DNA of 64,000 nucleotides from an uncultured bacterium (lineage in GTDB: Bacteria > Verrucomicrobiota > Kiritimatiellia > RFP12 > UBA1067). Every line of letters begins with the position of its first letter. Position 1 is the first letter of the stretch. The position numbers were made by a program, and so were the translations under genes. The stretch spans positions 9,592 through 73,591 of the forward strand of contig CADAKF010000001.1 in the NCBI GenBank assembly GCA_902788415.1. The letters are read 5' to 3'. Below are positions 49,810 through 59,204 of this stretch, one piece after another. The notes under the pieces are model-generated. The model saw only the letters and a list, made by a program, of their open reading frames with translations, was not told the DNA's origin and made no database searches.

Positions 49810-51144
49810 TCAACTCCGAGTCCGCGCCTTGAGGAAAACCCTGAGCGGTGCGCCCTCCAGGCCAAAGCGGGCGCGGATGTTCTTTTCGAGAAAGGCGAGA
49901 TAGGCCGGGGTCACGAGCTTCGGATCGTTCACGAAAAGGCGGATTGTCTGCGGATTCGTCGAGACCTGCAGCCCGTAGTAGACCTTGAGCCGCCTGCCCT
50001 TCACCATCGGCGCAAGCGTCTTCTTCGTGGCCGTCACGAGGACGCGGTTCAGCATGCCGGTCGGCAGCTTCTCGGACGCACTCGCCGCCGCACGGTCGAT
50101 CGCCTCGACGGTCTTGCGGACGTTGTACCCCGACTTGTTCGAGCAGAAGACAACCGGCGCGAAGTTAAGGAACGGCATCATCGCCCGCAAGGCCGGCAGC
50201 GCCTTCGTCTCGGTGATGCCGTCCTCCTGCGCGAGGTCCCACTTCTGGCAGAGAATGACGCAGGCCTTCTTGGCGTCGAGGATCTTCCCCGCGATGCGCT
50301 TGTCCTGCAGGGTCGGGCCCATCTTCGCGTCCAGCAGCAGGAGGACAACGTCCGCCTCGGCAATCGCCTGCTCGGAGCGGAACAGCGAGAAATTGTCCAC
50401 ACTCGTCTTCGACATCTTCGTGTGCGGCTTCATGCCCGCCGTGTCGACGAGCATGTAGTGCCGCGCCTCGGGACCGGACCCGATCGCGAACGGCACCTCG
50501 ACCGCATCTCGCGTCGTCCCCGCAATCTCGCTCACAATGACGCGCGGCGCATTGAGAAGCCGGTTCACATACGAGCTCTTGCCGACGTTCGGACGCCCGA
50601 CAATCGCAACCCTGAGGGGTCGCTTCGCCGTCTCGCTCTCTACGGCCGGCGGCAGTCTCGCGACGACGTCCTTGAGGAGCGCCTCGACGCCGCGCCCGTG
50701 CTCGGCGCTCGTCGCGAAGACGGGAAGCCCGAAACGCTCGAATTCCGCCGCGCGCCAGTCGTCGTCCGCCGTGTCGCACTTGTTCGCCGCAATGACGCAG
50801 GGGACTCCGGACTCGCGCACACGCTTGATGACTTCCGAGTCGAGCGGCGTGACGCCCTCGCGCGTGTCGACGACAATGACGCAGACGGCCGAATCCTCGA
50901 CCGCGAGCGCGGCCTGGCTCTTCGTCTCGTCGTCGAGCGGATCCTTGGTGACGCGCCGGTCGAACGCGATGCCGCCCGTGTCGACGAGCATCACCTTGCG
51001 GCCGAGGACGTCCACCTCGCGCGTCACGCGGTCGCGCGTCACGCCTGGCTGGTCGAAAACGATCGCCACGCGCTTCTTCGCAATGCGGTTAAAGAGTGCG
51101 CTCTTGCCCGTATTCGGGCGACCAACCAGAGAGACGACGTTCAT
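49810..51144 (-). CDS. der: Ribosome-associated GTPase Der (EngA)
   Basis: Two GTPase domains (GRPNTGKSALFN; GRPNVGKSSYVN) plus KH-like C-terminus. Confidence 0.95.
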   Translation of the reverse strand: MNVVSLVGRPNTGKSALFNRIAKKRVAIVFDQPGVTRDRVTREVDVLGRKVMLVDTGGIAFDRRVTKDPLDDETKSQAALAVEDSAVCVIVVDTREGVTPLDSEVIKRVRESGVPCVIAANKCDTADDDWRAAEFERFGLPVFATSAEHGRGVEALLKDVVARLPPAVESETAKRPLRVAIVGRPNVGKSSYVNRLLNAPRVIVSEIAGTTRDAVEVPFAIGSGPEARHYMLVDTAGMKPHTKMSKTSVDNFSLFRSEQAIAEADVVLLLLDAKMGPTLQDKRIAGKILDAKKACVILCQKWDLAQEDGITETKALPALRAMMPFLNFAPVVFCSNKSGYNVRKTVEAIDRAAASASEKLPTGMLNRVLVTATKKTLAPMVKGRRLKVYYGLQVSTNPQTIRLFVNDPKLVTPAYLAFLEKNIRARFGLEGAPLRVFLKARTRS

Positions 51145-51154
51145 CGCGCGGTCA

Positions 51155-51298
51155 GGCCTCCGGGTCCAGAAGCTGCCCGAGGGTGTACTTGCGGGTGATC
51201 GGCAGATTGTGCCAGACGACCCCCGTCGACACCGACTGCGAAAACGGCGCTTTCGACGGCGCCGACCCGAACGGATCAGACAGCTTGAACATGTTCAT
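51155..51298 (-). CDS. Possible small ORF (47 aa) upstream of der; not in the track
   Basis: MNMFKLSDPFGSAPSKAPFSQSVSTGVVWHNLPITRKYTLGQLLDPEA; high GC3; preceded by TTGATATAAT; may instead be an untranslated leader. Confidence 0.25.
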
Positions 51299-51321
51299 AA
51301 TTGCCAGATATTATATCAAAA

Positions 51322-52527
51322 TCAGCCGCCCGTATGCGGAATCGGCTTCCAGGTCTTCGTCGGCCGGACAAGCGCATAAAGAACCGCCGCGGACTGGATC
51401 AGGGAGAAGATTGGGAACGAGAGGACCGCCCGCGCGCGCGGCATCCGCTTGTCCGGCGACAGCGCCACCGAGGCAATTGCCGTGAACCAGCCCATCGCGA
51501 AGACAAAGCCAATGACGCCAAAGAACATGTTGAACGCATGCGGGTCGATCGGGCCGTAGCACATCCGGACGACAAACGCGACGATGTTGAAGAGGAGGAT
51601 GAACGAGACGGACATGCCCGTCAGGATCGCAAAGAAACTGTCGAAGAGCCGAATGGAGGGACGGTGGACAACCGCCGTCGCCCACGGCCAGAAGTACGAT
51701 CGCGCGACCTGCCAGCCTCCGGTCGCCCAGCGCCGCAGCTGCCGCCACATGTACTGGACCGCCTCTGGCTGCTCGTCCGCATAATCCGCCTCGGGAATGT
51801 AGGCGACGCGACCGCCGCGAAGGTTCGTGAGCACCGTGAACTCGACGTCCTCCACCATCGTATGCGTCTTCCAGCCCTCCAGACCGAGCGCGGAGACGAG
51901 AAACGCAAACCCCGTGCCCGTAAGCTTTCCCGAAAGCCCGAGATTCGTGCGCACCCGGTTCGAAAGCTCGTTCATCATGTCCCAGTAGACCGTGTACCAG
52001 CCAGAGATCAGACCCGCCTGCGCATTGGAGGAGCACCGACGGCCCGTAACGACCGTCTCGCCATCCTGCAAGGCGTCGTTCATCGCGTCGAACCAGCCGT
52101 CGGACGCGATGTTGTCCGCGTCGAAAACCGCAATTGCATCGTACTTTCCGGAGGCGACGATGCGCTCGATGCCCCACGCAAGGACATCGCCCTTGCCGGC
52201 GCTCGGCGTCTTCTTCTCCCAGACGAGAGCCCCCGCCTCATGAGCCCGCGTCACGGTCGCATCCGTGCAGTTGTCCGCCAGCACAACGATGTCGCGGCAC
52301 TCCGCCGGATATCTGCTCATGAGGACGCTTTTAACCGGCAGCTTGATGACGGACTCCTCGTTGCGCGCGCACACGAGAACGGCGAACTTCAGCTTCCGCT
52401 CGGCATGCGGATGGTGCTTCGCAGGCTTGATGAGGCCGAGGAGGACGACGAACGTCGACCAGAAGAAGACGATGGACAGTCCAAGGCAAATGATGTCAAG
52501 GATGAACGACAGCATCGCGCTCGTCAT
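51322..52527 (-). CDS. Membrane-bound family 2 glycosyltransferase
   Basis: N-terminal TM, VLVCARNEE, DxD (FDADN), QxxRW-like RRWATGGWQ, C-terminal TMs. Confidence 0.7.
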   Translation of the reverse strand: MTSAMLSFILDIICLGLSIVFFWSTFVVLLGLIKPAKHHPHAERKLKFAVLVCARNEESVIKLPVKSVLMSRYPAECRDIVVLADNCTDATVTRAHEAGALVWEKKTPSAGKGDVLAWGIERIVASGKYDAIAVFDADNIASDGWFDAMNDALQDGETVVTGRRCSSNAQAGLISGWYTVYWDMMNELSNRVRTNLGLSGKLTGTGFAFLVSALGLEGWKTHTMVEDVEFTVLTNLRGGRVAYIPEADYADEQPEAVQYMWRQLRRWATGGWQVARSYFWPWATAVVHRPSIRLFDSFFAILTGMSVSFILLFNIVAFVVRMCYGPIDPHAFNMFFGVIGFVFAMGWFTAIASVALSPDKRMPRARAVLSFPIFSLIQSAAVLYALVRPTKTWKPIPHTGG

Positions 52528-53338
52528 CGCGCCACCTCCTGTGCATCCAAAGGTACTGCTCGGGATACTCCCTGATTGCCTTCTCGAGCCGGTCGTTCAG
52601 GACCTGTACCGCCCAGTTGCGGTCCGTGTCGGACGCAAAGACAATCGGCTCGTCGCCGACGAGACGATAGCGGTACGGCGCAACGCGCACGAACGAGCCG
52701 ACTACGACCGGCAGCCCCGTGCGGATCGCCAAGCGCGCCGCGCTCGTCACCGTCGGCGCGGGACGGCCGAAGAACTTGACGCAAGCCCCCTTGTGCGCAT
52801 ACTGATCCATCAGAATCGTCATCGCCGCACGTTCGCGCCGCCACTGCTCGAGAATCCCCTTCGTGATTCCGGCGTTTTTGCTAATTACGGTGACAGGGCC
52901 GCGGAAATGGTACTTCTTCATCCAGTTCTGGAGGATCTTCGAGTCCATCACGCGCGCAATGGCGATCATCGGACGCACCAGCGACAGGATGTTCGTCGCG
53001 ACTTCCCAGCAGCCGTGATGGCCCGAGACGAGCAGGATTGGCGTCTCCGGCGACTCCAACAGCGTCTTCACGAGCTGCGGATTCGCAACGCCAAGATCAA
53101 GGTGATCGCGCCAGTTTTCCTTCGTGATGACGCCCGGCGCCGCCAGCGCTTCGCACATGTGACCGGCGAAATGGCAAAACGCCGTCTTCGCGATTCGGCG
53201 CGCCCCCTTCTCGTCAGCCGCAATCCCGGCGCGCAGGATGTTCTCGACCGAAATTCTCCGCCTCTTCGTGAAAAACGGCCAGAACAATGCCGCAAAGCCA
53301 CAGCCAAACCCATAAGCGTGTCTCTGCACAAAGTTCAT
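52496..53338 (-). CDS. Lipid A biosynthesis (Kdo2-lipid IVA) late acyltransferase, LpxL/HtrB family
   Basis: LVSGHHGCWEV HX4E acyltransferase motif; family-typical length and N-terminal anchor. Confidence 0.7.
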   Translation of the reverse strand: MNFVQRHAYGFGCGFAALFWPFFTKRRRISVENILRAGIAADEKGARRIAKTAFCHFAGHMCEALAAPGVITKENWRDHLDLGVANPQLVKTLLESPETPILLVSGHHGCWEVATNILSLVRPMIAIARVMDSKILQNWMKKYHFRGPVTVISKNAGITKGILEQWRRERAAMTILMDQYAHKGACVKFFGRPAPTVTSAARLAIRTGLPVVVGSFVRVAPYRYRLVGDEPIVFASDTDRNWAVQVLNDRLEKAIREYPEQYLWMHRRWRDDERDAVVHP

Positions 53339-53365
53339 CGCGTGGAAGACGGTAAGATCTTAGAC

Positions 53366-54706
53366 TTAGACCTTAAACCTTATGGTCGCCGCGCGACCGT
53401 GGCCATCGAGCCCCTCGACCGCAGCGAACGCCTCGATCGTCGACCGGGTTTCGCGGAGATCCCCTTCCGTGAAGGCGACGAAGCTGTGACGGCGGCGGAA
53501 GTCGTCCGGCGTGAGGCCGTTGAACATGTTCGCGGCGCCGCCCGTCGGCAGCACGTGACTCGGACCCGCCACGAAGTCGCCGGCCGACTCGGGCGTCCAC
53601 GCGCCCGCGAAGACCGCGCCCGCGGACCGCACGCCCTTCATCACCTTCAGCGCGTCCTTCGTCATGATCTCGAAGTGCTCCGGCGCGAAGCGGTTGACGA
53701 CCTCGAGGCCGTCCTTCACACTCTTCGCGACAACGATGAGAATTCCGTCGCGGTCGATGACGCGGTTGACGAGCGCCTTGCGCGACAAGGTCTCCGTCTG
53801 GTGCAGGACCTCGGCGCGGATCCTCTCCGCGAGCTTCGCCGACGTGCAGACGCAAAGCGACTTCTCCCAGCCGCTGCCGTGCTCGGCCTGACTGAGGAGA
53901 TCCGCCGCAATCCAGCGGACGTCGACCGATCCGTCCGTCAGCACCGCGATTTCGCTCGGACCCGCCACCTGGTCGATGGCGACATAACCGTAGACCTGGC
54001 GCTTCGCCGCGGTCACGAAGGCGTTGCCCGGCCCCGCAATCTTCTGAACCTTGCGGCAGGTCTTCGTCCCGAACGCCATCATGCCGATCGCCTGGATGCC
54101 GCCGACGCGGTAGATCTCCGTCGCCCCCGCGAGCTTCAGCGCATAGAGGAGGACGGGGTTGACCTTCCCGTCCTTCCCCGCCGGCGTGCAGGCAACAATC
54201 TCCTTTACGCCCGCCGCCTTCGCCAGAGTCACCGTCATCACCGACGTCGACGCGAGCGGCGCCGTGCCGCCCGGAATGTAGACGCCAACGCGGTCCATCG
54301 GCGAGAAGAACTCGCCCGCGGACCCGCCGCGCGGAGTCTTCATCGACCAGTCCTTGCGGAGCGACGCCTTCGAGAACCTAAGAACGCGCGCATGCGCGTC
54401 CCTGACCGCCCGGACGATCCCGGGAGCGATTCCCGCGGACGATACCTTCGACAGATTGACCTTCAGCTGCGACGCCCGCGCCGCCTTGAAGCCCTCGAAT
54501 TTCGCAACAGCCCCGAGAACCGCCGCGTCACCGTCCCTCCGAATGTCCGCCAGCACCGCGGCCGCGGCCTTCTCGGCCTCCTCCGGAAACGCCGGACGCG
54601 CGTTGAACGCCCCGATGCGCCGATCCCCCGCCCTTACAATCTTTATCATGACAGTTTCTTCTGCTTGTCCACCAGCTTGGCACCCATCATGCACTTGACC
54701 GTACAC
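53366..54706 (-). CDS. hisD: Histidinol dehydrogenase
   Basis: Family-conserved regions incl. AGPSEIAV and HVLPTGG. The track start overlaps fabZ by about 60 nt; the true start is more likely the internal MIKIVRAG. Confidence 0.9.
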   Translation of the reverse strand: MYGQVHDGCQAGGQAEETVMIKIVRAGDRRIGAFNARPAFPEEAEKAAAAVLADIRRDGDAAVLGAVAKFEGFKAARASQLKVNLSKVSSAGIAPGIVRAVRDAHARVLRFSKASLRKDWSMKTPRGGSAGEFFSPMDRVGVYIPGGTAPLASTSVMTVTLAKAAGVKEIVACTPAGKDGKVNPVLLYALKLAGATEIYRVGGIQAIGMMAFGTKTCRKVQKIAGPGNAFVTAAKRQVYGYVAIDQVAGPSEIAVLTDGSVDVRWIAADLLSQAEHGSGWEKSLCVCTSAKLAERIRAEVLHQTETLSRKALVNRVIDRDGILIVVAKSVKDGLEVVNRFAPEHFEIMTKDALKVMKGVRSAGAVFAGAWTPESAGDFVAGPSHVLPTGGAANMFNGLTPDDFRRRHSFVAFTEGDLRETRSTIEAFAAVEGLDGHGRAATIRFKV

Positions 54707-55143
54707 TCAGCCGCCGGCTCGCCCTTCTCATTCGGCTCACCGTTCAAATAGCCCTTCACCGCGTAAACTCCGAGCGGCGCGCGCTCGCGGATGGTCTTCA
54801 CAACCGTCACGAGCCTGTCGCCCGGGCGAAACGGCTGCCGGAACCGAGCGCCGTCAACCGATGCAAGGGCGAAGGCAATCTGCTCGCCGATGACATTCCT
54901 CGCGACAACAGATGCCCCCGCGACCTGCGCCATTGCCTCGACAAGGATGACGCCGGGGACGACCGGAAAGTCACCGAAGTGCCCCCTGAAAAAGTCGTTT
55001 TTCTCCCACGTGAACGTATACTCACCAAGCGACCCCGTTTCGTCGGCGCTCACAAGACGATCCACAAACAGGAACGGCGGACGATGAGGCAGCAACGCCT
55101 CGCCGCTCAAATTGAACTCCATCTTGAACTTCGGTAATTCCAT
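54646..55143 (-). CDS. fabZ: 3-hydroxyacyl-ACP dehydratase
   Basis: LPHRPPFLFVD...GHFGDFPVVPGVILVEAMAQ hotdog motifs. Confidence 0.9.
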   Translation of the reverse strand: MELPKFKMEFNLSGEALLPHRPPFLFVDRLVSADETGSLGEYTFTWEKNDFFRGHFGDFPVVPGVILVEAMAQVAGASVVARNVIGEQIAFALASVDGARFRQPFRPGDRLVTVVKTIRERAPLGVYAVKGYLNGEPNEKGEPAAECTVKCMMGAKLVDKQKKLS

Positions 55144-55195
55144 ATGCTTTTAGCTGTTAGTGGCTGTCACCTTCAATTTCACTAAACGCTAATAG

Positions 55196-56488
55196 CTAAC
55201 CGCTAATCGCTTTCTTCAAGACCAATATTCCGTTGTGCCCACCGAAACCGAGCGAGCTCGAGAGCGCCACGCGGATCTCGCGCTGCACGCCGACGTTCGG
55301 CGTGTAGTTGAGGTCGAGCGGAACCTCGCCCTTCGTCGCGTCGACCTCGAGGTCGGGATTCTCGTAGTTGATCGTCGGCGGGACGAACCCCTCCTTGATC
55401 GCCAGCGCCGTAATCGCGGCCTCGATTGCGCCCGCCGCGCCAAGCGCGTGCCCGTGCATCGACTTGGTGGACGAGATGTTGATCTTCTTCGCGCCCTCCT
55501 CGCCGAACACCTGCTTGAACGCCTTCGTCTCCATCTGATCGTTGAGCTGAGTCGAGGTGCCGTGCGCGTTGATGTAATCGACCGTCGACTTGTCCGTCAC
55601 CCCGGCGTCCTTCAGTGCGATCTCGATCGCCTTCACCGCGCCGACGCCGGACGGATCGGGCGCCGTGATGTGATAGGCGTCTGACGTCGCACCATAGCCC
55701 GCGAGCTCCGCGTAGACCTTCGCGCCGCGTGCCGTCGCATGCTCCTCGGATTCGAGAATCAGCACCGCAGCACCCTCGCCGACGACAAAGCCGTCGCGAT
55801 CGGCGTTGAACGGACGGCAGGCCCTCTCGGGCGTATCATTGAACTTCGTCGCAAGGGCTCTCTCCTTCATGAAGCCGCCGACCACGAATTCCGTCACGCA
55901 GGCCTCAGCTCCTCCGGCGACCACGACGTCCGCCCGCCCGGCGCGAATCATGTCCAGCGCCACGCCAAGCGCATCCGTCGAACTCGCACACGCCGTGACG
56001 ACGACCTGCGCAGGCCCCTTCGCCCCCAGCGCGATGGACACGTTCCCGGCCGCCTCGTTCGGAATGAGTTCGGGAACGGCAAGCGGCGAAAGCCGGTCCG
56101 GCCCCTTGTCGAAAAGCGTCTTGTAGTTTTCGCCCGTCACCTCGATGCCGCCGATGCCGACGCCGAAAATCGTCGCGACCCGATCCATATCGGGCTTCTG
56201 CTCGTCCGTAAACCCGGCATCCCGCCACGCCTCCACGGCCGCCGTGACGGCAAACTGCGAAAAGCGCGCCATATGCCGCGCGGCCTTCTTGTCCAGCAAC
56301 CCCGAGCCGATGGCATACGCCTCAAAATCCTTGACCTCGCCAGCAACCTGACTTGTGCAGCGCGAAGCGTCAAACTGCGTAATCTTCCCGATGCCGGGCT
56401 TCCCTGCCTTGATGCTCTCCCACGCCGCCGCCTTGCCGTTGCCGTTTGCGCACAGCATCCCGATACCAGTAATCACAACCTTCTTCAT
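55196..56488 (-). CDS. fabF: 3-oxoacyl-ACP synthase II
   Basis: MKKVVITGIGMLCANG...; active-site Cys in ACASS; HGTSTQLND; GHALGAAGA. Confidence 0.95.
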   Translation of the reverse strand: MKKVVITGIGMLCANGNGKAAAWESIKAGKPGIGKITQFDASRCTSQVAGEVKDFEAYAIGSGLLDKKAARHMARFSQFAVTAAVEAWRDAGFTDEQKPDMDRVATIFGVGIGGIEVTGENYKTLFDKGPDRLSPLAVPELIPNEAAGNVSIALGAKGPAQVVVTACASSTDALGVALDMIRAGRADVVVAGGAEACVTEFVVGGFMKERALATKFNDTPERACRPFNADRDGFVVGEGAAVLILESEEHATARGAKVYAELAGYGATSDAYHITAPDPSGVGAVKAIEIALKDAGVTDKSTVDYINAHGTSTQLNDQMETKAFKQVFGEEGAKKINISSTKSMHGHALGAAGAIEAAITALAIKEGFVPPTINYENPDLEVDATKGEVPLDLNYTPNVGVQREIRVALSSSLGFGGHNGILVLKKAISG

Positions 56489-56537
56489 CCTTGCCTCCTG
56501 AAGCTTGGAACTTGAAAACCTTTTAATTATACCAAAT

Positions 56538-57263
56538 TTAGGCGAAGCCGAGAACGTCCCGCATGGTGTAAACGCCAGGCCTCTGCCCCTTCGCCCACTT
56601 GAGCGCCTTAAGCGCCCCCGCCGCGAATGCCTCGCGACCCTGCGCCTTGTGCGTCAACTCCACGCGCTCGACATCACCCGCGAACATGACGGTATGGTCC
56701 CCAACGACCGAACCGCCGCGAAGCGCATGGATTGCGATCTCTCCGACCGGACGCTCCCCGATGTCGCCCCTCCTGCCATAGGTGAACTCGTCCTTGACGC
56801 CGCGACCCGCCGCGGCGGACTTCGCCAGCATCAAGGCCGTGCCGCTCGGCGCGTCCTTCTTGTGCCTGTGGTGCATCTCCGTGACTTCGATGTCGTATTC
56901 GGGCCCGAGCACCTGCGCCGTCTTCTTCACGAGCTCGAGGAGCAGATTGACGCCCAGCGAATAGTTGCCGCTCTGCACGATCGGGATTTTCTTCGCCGCG
57001 GCGTCGACGACCTTCTGCTCGTCCGCCGTGAGGCCCGTTGTCCCGATGACGTACGCAAGCCCCTTTGCCGCGGCCTTCTCGACCGACGCCGGCACCGCAA
57101 CATGATAGGAGAAGTCAATGACGCCCTCCACGTCGTCCGCCCAGGCCTTGTCGTAGCCTTCGGCGACGTCCACCTTCGAGACGACCTCGAGGTCCGTGCC
57201 CTCGGCGAGCGCACACAGCATCTTCCCCATGCGCCCCGCGGCGCCCACAATTGCTATCTTCAT
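56538..57263 (-). CDS. dapB: 4-hydroxy-tetrahydrodipicolinate reductase
   Basis: MKIAIVGAAGRMGK; EMHHRHKKDAPSGTA. Confidence 0.9.
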   Translation of the reverse strand: MKIAIVGAAGRMGKMLCALAEGTDLEVVSKVDVAEGYDKAWADDVEGVIDFSYHVAVPASVEKAAAKGLAYVIGTTGLTADEQKVVDAAAKKIPIVQSGNYSLGVNLLLELVKKTAQVLGPEYDIEVTEMHHRHKKDAPSGTALMLAKSAAAGRGVKDEFTYGRRGDIGERPVGEIAIHALRGGSVVGDHTVMFAGDVERVELTHKAQGREAFAAGALKALKWAKGQRPGVYTMRDVLGFA

Positions 57264-58507
57264 ATCAGTTCTCCTATTAAGATTTGCGGATGCGCCTCGG
57301 TAATCCTCACTTGGACCAAGCCCCCGGGACACAGTGGAGAAGCGGAATCCTTTCCGCTTCCGTTACAATCCCACACCACAATCCTGTTTCCGCCGTCACG
57401 CCCGGACCACCGCGCCTTGTTGCGCTTCGACGGACCCTCCACCATCACCTCGCGCACCGTCCCGACGAGCCGGTCGTTACGCGCCTGACCGCGGCGCTCC
57501 TGGTCCGCGAGCAGCACCTGGTCGCGGCGCTCCTTCTCCGCCTTGGTCACGTCGTCCGGCAACGCTGCGCTACGCGTGCCCGGACGCGGCGAATACTTGA
57601 AGATGAAGGCATTGTCAAACCCTGCCTCGTCCATCAGCATGCGGGTCTGTTCAAAATCCTCTTCGGTCTCGCCCGGATAGCCGACGATCACGTCCGTCGT
57701 CACCGAGAACTCCGGATCAAACGCATGCAGCTTCGCGACGGCCGCGAGATACTCCGCCCGCGTGTAGCGCCGTCCCATTTCCTTGAGGACGCGGTCGCTC
57801 CCCGACTGCACCGGAAGGTGCAGGTGGCGGCAGACCTTCGGACAATCCCGGTACACGGCCACAAGCTCGTCCGTGCAGCCGCCCGGATGCGCGCTCGTGA
57901 AGCGGATTCGCTCAATGCCGTCGATCTCCTGGATGCGCCGGAGCAACTGAGGAAATCCCCTGTAGCGAAGGACGCTCTGGCCAAGCAGCGTCACCTCCTT
58001 CACACCGCGCTCCGCAAGGCATTCGACCTCGCGCACGATGTCATCCGCCGGACGCGAATACTCGTGTCCCCGCACCGTCGGCACGATGCAGTAGCTGCAG
58101 CAGTTGTCGCAGCCCGTCATCACCGTCACAAAGGCCTGAAAGGCGGTTCCTGCATGCGCGGAAAGAGGGTCTCCGCCCTTGATGTAGGGAATCTTGAGAA
58201 GCTCGCCAGGCGCAACCGCGAACGCCAGCCGCGGAAGCTTCTTGAAAAGCTCCGGACCGAGCCGCTTCACCGCACAGCCCATCATGCCGGTGATCTTGCC
58301 GTCCGCAATCAGGTTCCCCGCCTTGCCGATCGCCTTCTCCTCCGCCTTCTGCCGCACGGTGCAGCTGTTGACGATGACAAGCTCGGCCTCTTTCTCGCTC
58401 GCCGCCTTCTCATGCCCGGCTTCAATCAGCAGCGCCTCGACCGCTTCCGAGTCGCGGACGTTCATCTGGCAGCCGTAGGTATGGATCAGGAATTTCATCT
58501 TGCACAA
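57260..58507 (-). CDS. miaB: tRNA methylthiotransferase MiaB (radical SAM MTTase with TRAM domain), carrying an in-frame repeat insertion
   Basis: MKFLIHTYGCQMN; CDNCCSYC radical-SAM motif; TRAM C-terminus; insertion NGSGKDSASPL from the palindromic element. Confidence 0.85.
   Translation of the reverse strand: MCKMKFLIHTYGCQMNVRDSEAVEALLIEAGHEKAASEKEAELVIVNSCTVRQKAEEKAIGKAGNLIADGKITGMMGCAVKRLGPELFKKLPRLAFAVAPGELLKIPYIKGGDPLSAHAGTAFQAFVTVMTGCDNCCSYCIVPTVRGHEYSRPADDIVREVECLAERGVKEVTLLGQSVLRYRGFPQLLRRIQEIDGIERIRFTSAHPGGCTDELVAVYRDCPKVCRHLHLPVQSGSDRVLKEMGRRYTRAEYLAAVAKLHAFDPEFSVTTDVIVGYPGETEEDFEQTRMLMDEAGFDNAFIFKYSPRPGTRSAALPDDVTKAEKERRDQVLLADQERRGQARNDRLVGTVREVMVEGPSKRNKARWSGRDGGNRIVVWDCNGSGKDSASPLCPGGLVQVRITEAHPQILIGELI
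57336..57362 (-). repeat. Palindromic mini-element (family C) copy 3 (truncated), in-frame in miaB
   Basis: GGAGAAGCGGAATCCTTTCCGCTTCCG. Confidence 0.75.
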
Positions 58508-58906
58508 TCAGGGTTTCATGAACAGGGGATGGATCTGCGCATTCTGGTCGAACGAGTACGTTCCGCGGGCTCCGGCGTCCTTCCCGATTCGCGCCAGCAG
58601 ATAATCCGAGAAGTCCGCCTTGCCGTCCCGATAGTCGCCAAGCGCGCCGCGCACGAGGTCGCGGTGCTCGATCTCCAGGTTATCTATGCCAAGGATCGTC
58701 GTCAGGACTTCGACAAGCTTGTCCTTGGACTGCCGGTAGCCGCGCCCCAAGACCCAGAGCGTTTCGCACAGCGCAATGCAGCTGATGAAGCCCTTATTGC
58801 CACGGGTGATCTCCTTCTCGAAAATGCGCGTCGCCGCTTTCGCCTGAATCGGATCGTCCTGGACGATGTAGCGGACAACGACGTTCGTATCCAGCGCAAC
58901 CATCAA
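58508..58906 (-). CDS. vapC: PIN-domain toxin VapC
   Basis: MMVALDTNVVVRY... with acidic residues at D6, E48 and D97-like positions; 4-nt overlap with the upstream antitoxin. Confidence 0.8.
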   Translation of the reverse strand: MMVALDTNVVVRYIVQDDPIQAKAATRIFEKEITRGNKGFISCIALCETLWVLGRGYRQSKDKLVEVLTTILGIDNLEIEHRDLVRGALGDYRDGKADFSDYLLARIGKDAGARGTYSFDQNAQIHPLFMKP

Positions 58907-59133
58907 TGCGCCCCCTCGTAGATCGCCGCATTCATCTCGTCAACCGTCAGGGCGCGCTTCGGCTTCGCCACGAGGGACTTCAACGCCCGGACGGGCGTCT
59001 TCTTGACGACCAGCTGAACGCGGTCCGGCTCGTACACGACAAAGTCAAGCTCGTCGCCGGTCTTCCAGTTCAGCAACGTCCGAATGGCCATCGGAATCGT
59101 AATCTGTCCCTTAGCCGAGATTGTCGAAACCAT
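58903..59133 (-). CDS. vapB: AbrB/SpoVT-type antitoxin (VapB/MazE-like)
   Basis: MVSTISAKGQITIPMAIRTLLNWKTGDEL swapped-hairpin beta-barrel motif. Confidence 0.75.
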   Translation of the reverse strand: MVSTISAKGQITIPMAIRTLLNWKTGDELDFVVYEPDRVQLVVKKTPVRALKSLVAKPKRALTVDEMNAAIYEGAH

Positions 59134-59204
59134 AAGCTTGTTCCTTACTTCTTTTTCCTACTTGGCCGTATGATAGCAAATTCTTACCGAGGAGTAAAGC
59201 GCGG

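Noticed and set aside
54646-54706. 60-nt overlap between hisD (track start 54706) and fabZ
   Set aside because: More likely an over-extended hisD start; the internal MIKIVRAG is a more typical HisD N-terminus. Not treated as a genuine long overlap
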